DNA from: a virus
Lineage: Duplodnaviria > Caudoviricetes
Virus record (IMG/VR): IMGVR_UViG_3300030376_004081
Coordinates: 1 to 63,717 of that record
Length of the DNA: 63,717 nt
Direction: 5' to 3' (one strand)
Shown here: one piece after another, positions 46,985 to 56,680 of the stretch
How positions within the stretch are numbered: position 1 is the stretch's first letter
Layout: every line of letters begins with the position of its first letter
The notes under the pieces: model-generated
What the model was told of the DNA's origin: nothing
The model's database searches: none
What the model saw: only the letters and a program-made list of their open reading frames with translations
Program-made: the position numbers and the translations under genes

Positions 46985-47635
46985 TCACATAAGCCATTTT
47001 GCCCATGCCGCACCTTTTTGAATGGCTGAACCCAAGCCTAATCCGCTTTGTGGGGGTTCATAACTCATTTGTCCTTGAGCATCAATCCAATATGGGCGAC
47101 CATATCCATCTGTTCCATTTGGAGGAATAGGATAACCTGAACCATTATTCATAGCACCCTGCATTTGATTATATTGTTGTGTTTGTCCCGTTACACCAGC
47201 AATAGCCATACCTGCGGTTGGTTGAACATTACCACCGCCACTAAATCCTTGAGATTCAAGATATTGTTGTTTAGCCATCTTTCGTTGCATAACAACTTCC
47301 GTATTGATAGCAGACTGTAATAATTTTTGAATATCTAAATCAATATTTTCTTGAGTAATTCTTTCATATTCCCGAAGAGCATCTCTATTGACATTAATAG
47401 AAGAACCACTTGTCTCAAAACTTAATTTAGCAAGCATTTGTGAAACAACTCTTTCTACTACATCTTCCATTAACTTTTCAAGAGAAGTCAAAAATTGTTC
47501 TCCATGATATTGAAAAAACTCTTCAACATGATTTTCTTGTAATGAAAGTAAATTATTTACTGTTTTAAACTGTGCATCGCTTTGCGCCTGAACAGCCCCT
47601 AAGACTGTTCCGTTGCTTGTTCCTAATATTCCCAT
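46985..47635 (-). CDS. Hypothetical protein (helical N-terminus, Q/G-rich region, amphipathic C-terminus)
   Basis: Ends GLGSAIQKGAAWAKWLM; same operon as the GTPase. Confidence 0.75.
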   Translation of the reverse strand: MGILGTSNGTVLGAVQAQSDAQFKTVNNLLSLQENHVEEFFQYHGEQFLTSLEKLMEDVVERVVSQMLAKLSFETSGSSINVNRDALREYERITQENIDLDIQKLLQSAINTEVVMQRKMAKQQYLESQGFSGGGNVQPTAGMAIAGVTGQTQQYNQMQGAMNNGSGYPIPPNGTDGYGRPYWIDAQGQMSYEPPQSGLGLGSAIQKGAAWAKWLM

Positions 47636-47637
47636 GT

Positions 47638-48315
47638 TTATGCCTCCTTAATTGCTTCGTTTATCTGTTCTTGCGGTAATTCATTCTGTGCTTGAACATT
47701 GTGCTTAAGCATTAAATGATTGAGTCTTTCTGTCATAATGTTTATTTCAGTAATTAACCGAATGACTTCATCGGTTGCCGTCTTTGAATCTCCTAGTGCG
47801 GGTGGGGTTATAAACCATCCTGCTGATGTTAGAGCCATCACATCATTCTTTGTTAATGTGTTAATTGGCCCACTTTTAAGCATTTTAGGCATTCGTGGCT
47901 TAAAAGAACTAAACTCAAGACCATGCTTATCTGCAAGTATCTGTTGTTGTAGCATTTCTAATTGCCTATACATAGAAGCGTGTTTAGGACAATAAGTTCC
48001 CATTAATGGCCTACCTTTAACTACTCCGTCTAAAGGCATGGGTGGTCGCATATAATCACCTTGCTCCCAAATATGATGAAAACCACAAACAACACACCTA
48101 TCTTTAAGATTAAATTTTTTCCCATACTTAATGCCTAACAGTTTCTTCGGTTCCGCCTTTAGAACCAATTTAAGTTCTTTTAGTTGAGACTTTGGTTTAA
48201 AAGAAATAAACTTGTATTCTTGCACAACCCCGCTTGCTCTTGCCTGTTTAAGTGGCGAAAGAGTTGGATTAAATTGTTGCGGTGCGTTCTGTCCTATTAA
48301 CTGGTTATTATACAT
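47638..48315 (-). CDS. Zinc-binding hypothetical protein
   Basis: CVVCG...YCPKH. Confidence 0.72.
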   Translation of the reverse strand: MYNNQLIGQNAPQQFNPTLSPLKQARASGVVQEYKFISFKPKSQLKELKLVLKAEPKKLLGIKYGKKFNLKDRCVVCGFHHIWEQGDYMRPPMPLDGVVKGRPLMGTYCPKHASMYRQLEMLQQQILADKHGLEFSSFKPRMPKMLKSGPINTLTKNDVMALTSAGWFITPPALGDSKTATDEVIRLITEINIMTERLNHLMLKHNVQAQNELPQEQINEAIKEA

Positions 48316-48775
48316 TTCTAATCATTCCTTTTATCCTTAGTCTTGCTTTTACATATTCTTCGGGGGAGATTAAGTCTTGGTTTGTTGCTTCTTGCAGTAT
48401 TTCTTTAATTTTTCTTCCTCTTGCAGTATTGAAAACATCGGGGTGATTTACAAAATTAAGTAATCTTAAGTGCATAGGGTCGGCTAAATTTTCTAAAGCG
48501 AAAGCAATATATTCTTTTTGGCTTTTAAATCTTGAATGGAACTTATCATCTGCTTTATTATGTGCTGCATGGGCTACTTCGTGATTTACAATTCTGAGTA
48601 AATAATCAATTATTTCTTCATCTGTGGTTTTTCCTTTCTCTTTAAGATATTCATAAATGCCTTTTTCGTCTATTGTTATTTTATCTGTATTAGAGTCATA
48701 TTCTCCTATTTGATTTTTAGGTAGGGATTTAAAGTCAAAATCAACCTTGAGTATATTAAACCACATAATAATCAA
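48308..48775 (-). CDS. Zincin-like (HExxH) metalloprotease with MWFNILK leader
   Basis: GEYD...ITID...VNHEVAHAAH...KEYIA. Confidence 0.72.
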   Translation of the reverse strand: MIIMWFNILKVDFDFKSLPKNQIGEYDSNTDKITIDEKGIYEYLKEKGKTTDEEIIDYLLRIVNHEVAHAAHNKADDKFHSRFKSQKEYIAFALENLADPMHLRLLNFVNHPDVFNTARGRKIKEILQEATNQDLISPEEYVKARLRIKGMIRNV

Positions 48776-49440
48776 TAATCCTTTATCATTGTAGTAATTC
48801 CTCTATAAACCATTTCTGGGTCTGATTTTGCTGAGACTATATATTTAAAACACGGTATTCCTTTGTCATTTAACTTTCTCATTCCGTATTTAAATGGTTC
48901 AAAAATCTCATGTTTATCTATTTCTTGACCTTCATTTAGTGGATATTTTTTCCCCCAAATATCATATTTGTTTGCCCAAATACCCACAGCCATAGGAAAA
49001 TCGGAATCTCTTTTCTTTTTACCATTTGACCATGTATTTGAAATTATTGCATCAACTAAAAATTTCCATGCTAATTGGTGGTCTAAATTAATTTCATTAT
49101 CTAAGTGTCGGTGGTCAATCATAAAAACAATATATCTGACCCTTCTATCCTTCATGTCCTTTTCCCATTCTTTCCAATAAATTGCTTCTCCGCCAATATC
49201 TGCGCTTCTTATAGTATGTGAATTACCATCAATTTTAATATTCTTTCTTGATGGTCTATGTTTCCCGACTGTTCTTTCATTAATTTGTGGGACTTCTCCT
49301 CTTGTTCTTAATTGATGACTTAAGGTTGTTTTACCCACCATTGTTGCTCCATAGACTCCAAAATTAATTGCATGAACCTTCTTGTAAAACCCTATAATCG
49401 CTTCACCTACAAGAATAGCAAAACCAGTCATTAATGACAT
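48772..49440 (-). CDS. Small Ras-superfamily GTPase, Arf/Sar-like
   Basis: G1 GATMVGKTT, G2 RTVG, G3 DIGGE, G4 NKYD, G5 SAK; hydrophobic/amphipathic N-terminal helix. Confidence 0.88.
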   Translation of the reverse strand: MSLMTGFAILVGEAIIGFYKKVHAINFGVYGATMVGKTTLSHQLRTRGEVPQINERTVGKHRPSRKNIKIDGNSHTIRSADIGGEAIYWKEWEKDMKDRRVRYIVFMIDHRHLDNEINLDHQLAWKFLVDAIISNTWSNGKKKRDSDFPMAVGIWANKYDIWGKKYPLNEGQEIDKHEIFEPFKYGMRKLNDKGIPCFKYIVSAKSDPEMVYRGITTMIKDY

Positions 49441-49662
49441 TTAATGCCCCCATCCTCCAAGAATAGTATCAAATAGGAAACCCATAATACTAATATCAAA
49501 AACAACACCAATAATATTTCCTATCAAAAAGAAAAACAAAGTGGAGCATAAGCCCCAAAACCATGCTTTCATTTTAATAAAAAATACATCGGCAGAATGC
49601 GCTCTTTGTTGATTATAGGCATAATCCGAGTCGGAAAAGCCCACTAAGTCGCCAAAGACCAT
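49441..49662 (-). CDS. Small membrane protein
   Basis: Hydrophobic WFWGLCSTLFFFLIGNIIGVVFDISIMGFLF. Confidence 0.72.
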   Translation of the reverse strand: MVFGDLVGFSDSDYAYNQQRAHSADVFFIKMKAWFWGLCSTLFFFLIGNIIGVVFDISIMGFLFDTILGGWGH

Positions 49663-49671
49663 TTAACCACC

Positions 49672-50055
49672 TCATTGAAGGGCGGCTAAGAACTCATTTC
49701 CTACGCTATTATCTTCTTCCTGTTGAACAGGTTGATAAAAGGTGGTATTATATTGCTTTGCGCTTTCACGCATTTTAACTCTTTGTTGTTCGTCTCTAGC
49801 CTTTCTTTCCCAGTATGCGGCAATCTTTCTATCAAGAAGCCACATTTCTATCTTATCGTTAAGGGCTAAATCAAATATGGCTTTCATAACCATAATTGAA
49901 CCAATCGTTCCTAACCCAAAAAGAGTAGCATGGGCTAAACTAGTATATGGGAAGTTTGTTCCGAAATTAGCATATGCCCAAACATTTGTTCCACTTAATG
50001 CGCCAACAAAAAGAATAGTCATAACTAAGCGAGTATCTGTATTTAATGCAGCCAT
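49672..50055 (-). CDS. Two-TM membrane protein with charged C-terminal helix
   Basis: LVMTILFVGALSGTNVWAY and ATLFGLGTIGSIMVM hydrophobic segments. Confidence 0.72.
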   Translation of the reverse strand: MAALNTDTRLVMTILFVGALSGTNVWAYANFGTNFPYTSLAHATLFGLGTIGSIMVMKAIFDLALNDKIEMWLLDRKIAAYWERKARDEQQRVKMRESAKQYNTTFYQPVQQEEDNSVGNEFLAALQ

Positions 50056-50064
50056 ATTATCACC

Positions 50065-50346
50065 TCAAGCAAAATGAATGTAAGTATTTGCGTTGCCTGA
50101 TGTTTCTTCATAAAATAGTCCAACAGAACAAATAACACCATGCATATCAAATTCAACTTGTGAAGTAGCCGCACCATCCAGATTAAGACGGGCTAATTCT
50201 TTACCAGTATTATCTGTTCCATCAAATACCTTAACTTGACACGGTGCGCCACTATCGTTATTGACATGAATAGAAATTAATTTGCACTTACCAACAAAAA
50301 CCTTTCCACTAGCCGTTAAAAGACCACTACTTCTACAACTCGGCAT
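50065..50346 (-). CDS. Small beta-rich protein, probable virion component
   Basis: 93 aa, alternating beta pattern; downstream of the capsid genes. Confidence 0.55.
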   Translation of the reverse strand: MPSCRSSGLLTASGKVFVGKCKLISIHVNNDSGAPCQVKVFDGTDNTGKELARLNLDGAATSQVEFDMHGVICSVGLFYEETSGNANTYIHFA

Positions 50347-50407
50347 CTATAATCACTCTCGCTCAATCTCTCTATGAGGCATCACCCTCTTAACCCTATC
50401 GCTAGGA

Positions 50408-50728
50408 TTATTCTGTCAAAGTGGATTTTTTGCTCTTAGCAGGGGTTTTCTTAGGTTTAACCTTAGCGGGTAGAAGATATTCACACAATTTATCATGTGT
50501 ATCAAAATCCTTGCCCATAGCCCTACTTAAGCGACTTAGCATTTTTGGCTCTAACTTCTTCAAATCTTTTCTTTCGCTTTCTACGAAAGAAATATCTAAA
50601 GAACTATCTCCCAAATAAACCAAAGCCCTTTCAATAGATAAATCCAAAGAATTATCCCTGTTAAGCAATTCCCCTTCAATGAGAAGAGTCTTAGACCTTG
50701 CCCCTTTAGTCAGTTTAATTGTCGCCAA
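50408..50728 (-). CDS. Hypothetical protein
   Basis: TTG start with GAGGTGG RBS; basic C-terminus. Confidence 0.68.
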   Translation of the reverse strand: MATIKLTKGARSKTLLIEGELLNRDNSLDLSIERALVYLGDSSLDISFVESERKDLKKLEPKMLSRLSRAMGKDFDTHDKLCEYLLPAKVKPKKTPAKSKKSTLTE

Positions 50729-50738
50729 TTAAACCACC

Positions 50739-51074
50739 TCAAAGCAAACCAAAGACTCTAACCCTAACAATTCCTTCATCGGCTGTTCCGCTTTGTTGAG
50801 CAGAACCAGTTGATAGAATGATTTTGACGCTAGAAACAGATTCATAAGCACCAGTTGATGAAACAACTGCTCTTGCTGAATGACCGATTTCCTCAACGCC
50901 AGTAATCATAAGTTGAGTGATTTGGCTTAATCCCACTTCTGTTGCCGTTAAGGTAATACCGCCCTGAACATAATTAGCGATGTTAATGATTGCATCAACC
51001 ATATATTCATCGCCATTTACTCTAGGCTTAGTAAAACCTTTATGGTCTGCTAATAATGATACTGTATGTGTCAT
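50739..51074 (-). CDS. Probable capsid decoration / minor head protein
   Basis: Directly after the capsid gene; YVQGG..L...VRVRVFG pattern. Confidence 0.55.
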   Translation of the reverse strand: MTHTVSLLADHKGFTKPRVNGDEYMVDAIINIANYVQGGITLTATEVGLSQITQLMITGVEEIGHSARAVVSSTGAYESVSSVKIILSTGSAQQSGTADEGIVRVRVFGLL

Positions 51075-51084
51075 CTAAAGCACC

Positions 51085-52434
51085 TCAAAGAAGGTTTGTA
51101 ATCTTTCCTTGACCCTTGAAGTAAGAACAACCAGTTTCACCCATTGTGCGGTAAAGAGCCTTGTTTCCAAGATTACCGACACCGAATGGGTTTCCGTTGC
51201 TGATACCATCCTCAAAGTATTGTGTAGGCTTCATAACAGATAGCCACAAATGGTCAGTATCAAGGAACATCATATCACTAATTAAAGAAGTGTTTAGACC
51301 AGTTGAAGGCATAGCAGCAACAGGAATCAAAGGAATGTCGTAATAGGTTGAAACTCGGAAACCGACTTCTTGACCCTTAACACCACGAACACCATTAACA
51401 GTAGGAACAATTTCCTTTCTGTCCATGAATCGCTCTTGGGCTTGTAATAAGTCAGAAAGCGTTTGAAGTGTATCATATCCAGTAAGAATAACCTTTGGAG
51501 AACCACCTGCAACACGGAGTCTGCGAACCATATCATTAATAACAGTTAGCGTCAATTGTCGTGCTTCTGCTGAAAGGTAGCCATCTCCGAAAGAAACTTC
51601 TGCGTCCAAATACTCGTTGCCTGAAGCACTTCGGAGTTTTCCGTAAAGTGTGTCAATTTGTTGGTCAGTAGCACTATCAACAAGGTTTCCACCAGAATTG
51701 TCAGCCAATTCGGTAATTTCAGCCGAGTTGCTTACAATCTTGTAAAGAGAAGTATATCCTCTATCAATAGCGTTTGCTGTGTTGTATGCCGTAGTTGGAG
51801 AATAGTTTTCCAAAGGCATAACAAGCATTTGATTCTGAACTTCTGCGTGATGCTTACCCATATCTTCTCTCAATTGAGCACGAATATCACCGATACCATC
51901 ATCAATTTGAGCCATTTCCATAGCCAATTCGCTGAAAGCGAATTGATGAGCAATAATCTTTGGACTGGTAAAGAGTGTGTCGTATTCAGGAGCAATAGAT
52001 TGAAGTCCATCCGAATCAGAATCTAATGATGCATTTTCAGGAACACCACCGATTCGGTCTGCTCTCAAAGAATCAGCACCATAAAGTGCAGTATTAAGAG
52101 CAGTATTTGAAGCCGCACTAATATCCAAAAAGTTTCCAGCCCCACCAGCAGGTCGCTTCTTGAGGATTCTCCAACCACTTGAAGAATAAGGTCGCTTTGC
52201 GATAACAGATAGAGCATTACACTCTCTATTTAGCATAGACCAGACTTTTTGGCCGTAAATCTTGTTGTAAAGGTTTGCATTAATACCCGTTGGGTCGCTT
52301 AATGAACCATCGTGAGCGACATGAATACCGCTAACGGTTCCTGCTGCTTTAAGCAATTGGTTGCTAATATGACCAGTTGCTCCTGTTCCGTATGTTTGTG
52401 CTTCTAAATCTGCAATTGTGTTAATATAACTCAT
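51085..52434 (-). CDS. Major capsid protein (HK97 fold)
   Basis: Follows the prohead protease; PKIIAHQFAFSELA, spine helix LREDMGKHHAEVQNQML, PKVILTG, VSTYYDIPLIP, GKITNL. Confidence 0.88.
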   Translation of the reverse strand: MSYINTIADLEAQTYGTGATGHISNQLLKAAGTVSGIHVAHDGSLSDPTGINANLYNKIYGQKVWSMLNRECNALSVIAKRPYSSSGWRILKKRPAGGAGNFLDISAASNTALNTALYGADSLRADRIGGVPENASLDSDSDGLQSIAPEYDTLFTSPKIIAHQFAFSELAMEMAQIDDGIGDIRAQLREDMGKHHAEVQNQMLVMPLENYSPTTAYNTANAIDRGYTSLYKIVSNSAEITELADNSGGNLVDSATDQQIDTLYGKLRSASGNEYLDAEVSFGDGYLSAEARQLTLTVINDMVRRLRVAGGSPKVILTGYDTLQTLSDLLQAQERFMDRKEIVPTVNGVRGVKGQEVGFRVSTYYDIPLIPVAAMPSTGLNTSLISDMMFLDTDHLWLSVMKPTQYFEDGISNGNPFGVGNLGNKALYRTMGETGCSYFKGQGKITNLL

Positions 52435-52435
52435 T

Positions 52436-53641
52436 TTAAACGCCTCCTACCATTTTATGAATGTCTGACCAATCCATTTCGGCCAATTCTTCCATTGTTG
52501 GGAGTTTGATTGTGGCTTCTTCTTGAGCCTTTAGAATGGTTTCCTTCTCAGCCGTCAAAGACTTGCGGAGAGCAGTAAATTCATCCTTAAGAGAAGCAAT
52601 TTCGCTTTGTGCATCATATTGAGCCTTAGCGAGAACATTTTCTCTTGAAGAAGTTTCAGCCTTGAACCTGTGTTCAAATTGCTTTTGGAGATTGTCGTAA
52701 GCCAACTTTTCAAGTTGTTCTTGACGGAAAGCATCGTAAGCCTTCTCAATGTTAGCAACAGACAAATCAAGAGTTTCTAACTCTTCATTATTGAATGCCT
52801 TAACAACTGGTAAATCCGATGCTCTCGGCTTTCCGTTGTCAATGACGACTCTATCAGCAGGTTCGCCAATTTCAACACCTGCACCGTCAAGAGTGGAAAC
52901 ATAGGCTTTTGCTTCGGAATCATCCATATATTCGCCACCCATGTTTTCTTCGTCCATGTTTTCTTCATCCATAGCCATACCCTTTTCTTTATCGGGCATT
53001 TCCATGTTTTCTTCATCTTCTTCCTTTCTTAGCATATTAACTTCTTCCATAAGAGAATCAAGTTCTGCTAACGCTTTTTCTATTTTGGTCATATTGTTCA
53101 CCTTTTTTGTTTTTTTGTCTTGCTTTAAAATATCAAATCTTGCTTCTGGGTTAATTCCTTTTTCACAAATTGTTACTTCATGTAATTCTAATTTACTTAT
53201 TTCATTGTATTGTCCTAATTCTTGGTGGGTTTTCTTTACTTTTTCTAAAGCCTGTCCTCCAATACTAAAACTCCTCAATGAACCTTTTCTAATGCCTCTA
53301 TTAATTTCTTTGGCTTTTTCTATATCGTCTCTTAATTTGATAACTACGAAGAATCCTACATCATCAACTTCTGTTTTGTATAATTTCCCCGATTTGTCCC
53401 TATATGATTTTACTACTTCCCCTACTTGAACATTAGAATGATTAGTCATTACATTTCTAAATTTGGGGTTCTCCATATATTTGTTTACCGCTTCTTTGAG
53501 GGCTTTGAGTGTGATTAAATCATTTTGCTTATCAACGATTTCAATGCTTGCATATCCTCCAATCATTAAATCGTCTTGGCTTTTGAGAATCCTAAAATCC
53601 GAAGTGTTGTTTCGCATCACCGTAGAAGTCATTCTTCTCAA
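52436..53641 (-). CDS. Prohead protease fused to scaffolding domain
   Basis: IGGYAS..VDKQND, NHSN, LRSFSIGG, LHEVTIC..GINP; acidic coiled-coil C-terminal half ending MDWSDIHKMVGGV. Confidence 0.9.
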   Translation of the reverse strand: MRRMTSTVMRNNTSDFRILKSQDDLMIGGYASIEIVDKQNDLITLKALKEAVNKYMENPKFRNVMTNHSNVQVGEVVKSYRDKSGKLYKTEVDDVGFFVVIKLRDDIEKAKEINRGIRKGSLRSFSIGGQALEKVKKTHQELGQYNEISKLELHEVTICEKGINPEARFDILKQDKKTKKVNNMTKIEKALAELDSLMEEVNMLRKEEDEENMEMPDKEKGMAMDEENMDEENMGGEYMDDSEAKAYVSTLDGAGVEIGEPADRVVIDNGKPRASDLPVVKAFNNEELETLDLSVANIEKAYDAFRQEQLEKLAYDNLQKQFEHRFKAETSSRENVLAKAQYDAQSEIASLKDEFTALRKSLTAEKETILKAQEEATIKLPTMEELAEMDWSDIHKMVGGV

Positions 53642-53662
53642 TCCCTACTAACCATTATCCAG

Positions 53663-53670
53663 TATATAAA
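53663..53670 (-). promoter_or_regulatory. Archaeal TATA box upstream of the protease-capsid operon
   Basis: TTTATATA on the - strand, about 22-30 nt before the possible start codons (53641/53632), in a short intergenic gap. Confidence 0.55.
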
Positions 53671-53677
53671 GAACAAC

Positions 53678-56600
53678 CTATTCTTCGGTAGGGAGGGGCA
53701 ATTTGTTATACCTATCTTCATAGATATTCCACTTTCCTTCATCTCCTTCCTTATCAGCAGGGGTTTGCTTGAATCCAGTCCATGCTAACCACATTTGTTC
53801 TCCATTAACCTTTAAGACTCTATAATGCATTTTAGTTTCAAATTTGTTGCCTTCTAAGAAATATTCATGATAACCGTCTCTTTGAATACCTAAACGAATT
53901 TTACCAGAATCAACCACTTTACCTTTAGAAACAGTCTTTGCTACTTCTGCTGGGTATTTACCAGCCGCACCGAATAAATCAAACATCTCTTTTTCATTTT
54001 CAATATTGATTGTCCAAAACATATTTTCTGTTTTAAGTTTTATAGCCAATGTTAAATTATCATCTTCTCTTGCGTATAATTTGAAGATTCCCTCTCTTAA
54101 TTCAGGAGGTGTTTTATATTCCCCTTCAACGAGTTTAATATCTTCTTTAAGCATAGCATACTTATCCGAAAAGCCCGAACCAAAGGAATTACAACTTTTG
54201 TATCTTTCTCTAATTGCACTATATGTGTCATCCTGCTTTTCCCCATAGTCTTGTAAAAAATCAAAAACTTCTTCACATGACATTACATCCAATACATCTT
54301 TAATTTCTTTAATTTCTAATTCCATTGTATCTTCATAATATAAATCCTCATTAGGATTTTCCTGAGTTATAGTATAAACAAACTTATCCCATGAACCATA
54401 AATTTCTACTAATTCTTCATACTTCTCTATTTCTACCTCAATAAAATCTTGCTTCATTTGTTCGCAACAATCTCCCGAAAAATCAGCATCAATTTCAATT
54501 TGTGCTACATTTTGAGCCACATCGGGTTTTTCTTCTACTCTCATAGTAGGGCTATTCCTTTTTAGTTTTACTTTTAATTCTTGAGCCATCATAGGCTTCA
54601 TTGATTTTTTAATATCCTCTTCTTGCATAATTTTATCATCATCAGCAGAAATCTTGCCGTTCTTTTCACTAATACCATCTCTAAGAACCGACCATTGTTT
54701 TAATTTCTTTTCATCAGATTCAAGAACATCTTCATATAAATCAGCGTGTTTTTCCTTTAAGAAATTATGTAATTGCTTTGGTGTCTTATCTCCATCCATT
54801 TTTAAATATTGAAACATAGCAACAGTTAAATCACTTTGCTTTGATTTCATAATCTCAATTGCTTGTTGTTTCCATAAATCAATATCTAAGGTTGCATTCT
54901 TAGACATAAGATTATCTTCTTCATAACCATAAAGAGTAAAGCCATCCAAATCAAACTTTAGAATAGCATTGGTTTCTCCGTGAATATGGTCAGTAATTTT
55001 TACTCCTTTAGTAAAGGCTTCAACAGAATAATTAAGTGATTTTTTTGTATCTTGAGATAATAGTTCAAGAGTGATTAATTTATCAGGATATTCTACTTCG
55101 GGTATTTCTATAACCTTTGCTGAAAATAAACTGAATCCTTCTCCTTTTTTCTTAACTTCATCAACCTTTACTCTTATGATTCCCCCGATTTCTACGGATT
55201 CCTTTGTATTCAAGGCTTTACCAACATTGAGATATTTTCTTCCATCAATTTCTTGTCCATCCATATCATCAGGTATTGGCCCAACACCGACAGTATAAGA
55301 GTAAAGATTACTCTTTGTCTTTTTCTTATCTAAAACGATAACATCTAAATCAACGAACTTCTTTAACTTAATCCACTTAGGATTCTTCTTAGTCCCAACA
55401 TAATAAGTAGAAGTAGCGTCTTTAATTACTACTCCTTCGGACGCAGGGTTTTCCATTATTTCTTTTGCATATTTATCAATATCTGTTAAGTTATCTGCTT
55501 GACGAGTATCTTTCTTTGAGGGATAAGCAATCGCTTCTCCTGATTTAGAAGAATAATTGTTAAATAGAATAGTCATTCGGTTTTCTAACTCTTCATCAAC
55601 AAGAGTTTGGGCTTCATGTCGTATAATATCAAAAACATGACAACGGAGTGTAGCATCTTTATATTTTCCTTTAAATACATGGGCTATTGTATCAGCCCTA
55701 TGTAAAGGGTCGTCTCCATCAAATAGAACTAATTCAGCATCTAATATGCAATCACCGTATTCTTTCTTTTTTAGTTCTTTGACTTGCTCTTTACACTTAT
55801 CAGTAATATCCTTTTCATTATAAGAATAAACCTTAACATTGTTATCTAACTTGTGCAATTGTATTCTCATACCATCAAATTTTTCTTGAACATACCAATC
55901 ACCGCTAAAACCTCGCAATTCCTTAATATCATCTACTTCAAAAATCCTATACATGGGTTTATTAGGAACAATAAATTGAGAGATAGACTTTTTCTCATCA
56001 CTTGGGACAGACTTCTCTACTCCCTCTATATCCTTCAACTCTTCCCAATCTTTTTCATTGTTCTTAGAAAAGAAGATTAGTTCTAACATATCCATAGCAG
56101 CCTTTACTTTAGATTCAACCTTCTTTGAGTCTTTTCCATCCCCATAATGCTCAATAATATACAGGGGTATGTCGTCCGATTCTATGTCAAGACCCATAAG
56201 ACCCTCCGTAATCGTGTCGGGTTGCATCCCTTTAACGCTGTAAATCTCAGCAGATAGGGCTTTATTGTCATCCCTTAACGCATAATGTACAAATTTAACC
56301 ATGCTTTCGGGATTATCTAATAATTCTTCAAGAACATTGTCCTTGAACATAGAAGCGAAGGGGTCAGAAACAACAGAAGAAGAATACCTTAATAATTTAA
56401 TCTTCTCAAATAATTCCTTTGCTTGTCTTGAAGAAGGGTCTTTGACATCTTTATCTTCTAACTCTTTCTCTTCAATAAAGTTTCTCATTTCTTTACCTGC
56501 GGTATCTGTCTCATTGTAGGCTTCAGTAATGGTATCTACTGCTTTACGCCAACGACTTGAGTATTCTGTTGGGTCGTGAATAGCAGATAAATAGGCTACT

Positions 56601-56680
56601 CTTGTCTTTTCAAAAAGACGAAGAATTTCTTGGGAAGGCTGTTTATCCTTCTCAATAGAAGCCAACTTCATACCAATCAT
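53678..56680 (-). CDS. Multidomain ATP-dependent DNA ligase in the head-assembly cluster
   Basis: QEKFDGMRIQLH, ILDAE, FDII, EGVVIK, WIKLK and OB domain, plus about 240-aa N-terminal and about 450-aa C-terminal extensions. Confidence 0.85.
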   Translation of the reverse strand: MIGMKLASIEKDKQPSQEILRLFEKTRVAYLSAIHDPTEYSSRWRKAVDTITEAYNETDTAGKEMRNFIEEKELEDKDVKDPSSRQAKELFEKIKLLRYSSSVVSDPFASMFKDNVLEELLDNPESMVKFVHYALRDDNKALSAEIYSVKGMQPDTITEGLMGLDIESDDIPLYIIEHYGDGKDSKKVESKVKAAMDMLELIFFSKNNEKDWEELKDIEGVEKSVPSDEKKSISQFIVPNKPMYRIFEVDDIKELRGFSGDWYVQEKFDGMRIQLHKLDNNVKVYSYNEKDITDKCKEQVKELKKKEYGDCILDAELVLFDGDDPLHRADTIAHVFKGKYKDATLRCHVFDIIRHEAQTLVDEELENRMTILFNNYSSKSGEAIAYPSKKDTRQADNLTDIDKYAKEIMENPASEGVVIKDATSTYYVGTKKNPKWIKLKKFVDLDVIVLDKKKTKSNLYSYTVGVGPIPDDMDGQEIDGRKYLNVGKALNTKESVEIGGIIRVKVDEVKKKGEGFSLFSAKVIEIPEVEYPDKLITLELLSQDTKKSLNYSVEAFTKGVKITDHIHGETNAILKFDLDGFTLYGYEEDNLMSKNATLDIDLWKQQAIEIMKSKQSDLTVAMFQYLKMDGDKTPKQLHNFLKEKHADLYEDVLESDEKKLKQWSVLRDGISEKNGKISADDDKIMQEEDIKKSMKPMMAQELKVKLKRNSPTMRVEEKPDVAQNVAQIEIDADFSGDCCEQMKQDFIEVEIEKYEELVEIYGSWDKFVYTITQENPNEDLYYEDTMELEIKEIKDVLDVMSCEEVFDFLQDYGEKQDDTYSAIRERYKSCNSFGSGFSDKYAMLKEDIKLVEGEYKTPPELREGIFKLYAREDDNLTLAIKLKTENMFWTINIENEKEMFDLFGAAGKYPAEVAKTVSKGKVVDSGKIRLGIQRDGYHEYFLEGNKFETKMHYRVLKVNGEQMWLAWTGFKQTPADKEGDEGKWNIYEDRYNKLPLPTEE

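Noticed and set aside
52940-53020. Short tandem repeat (CATGTTTTCTTC) in the scaffold gene
   Set aside because: Encodes an acidic low-complexity linker (DEENM repeats); not a CRISPR or regulatory repeat.
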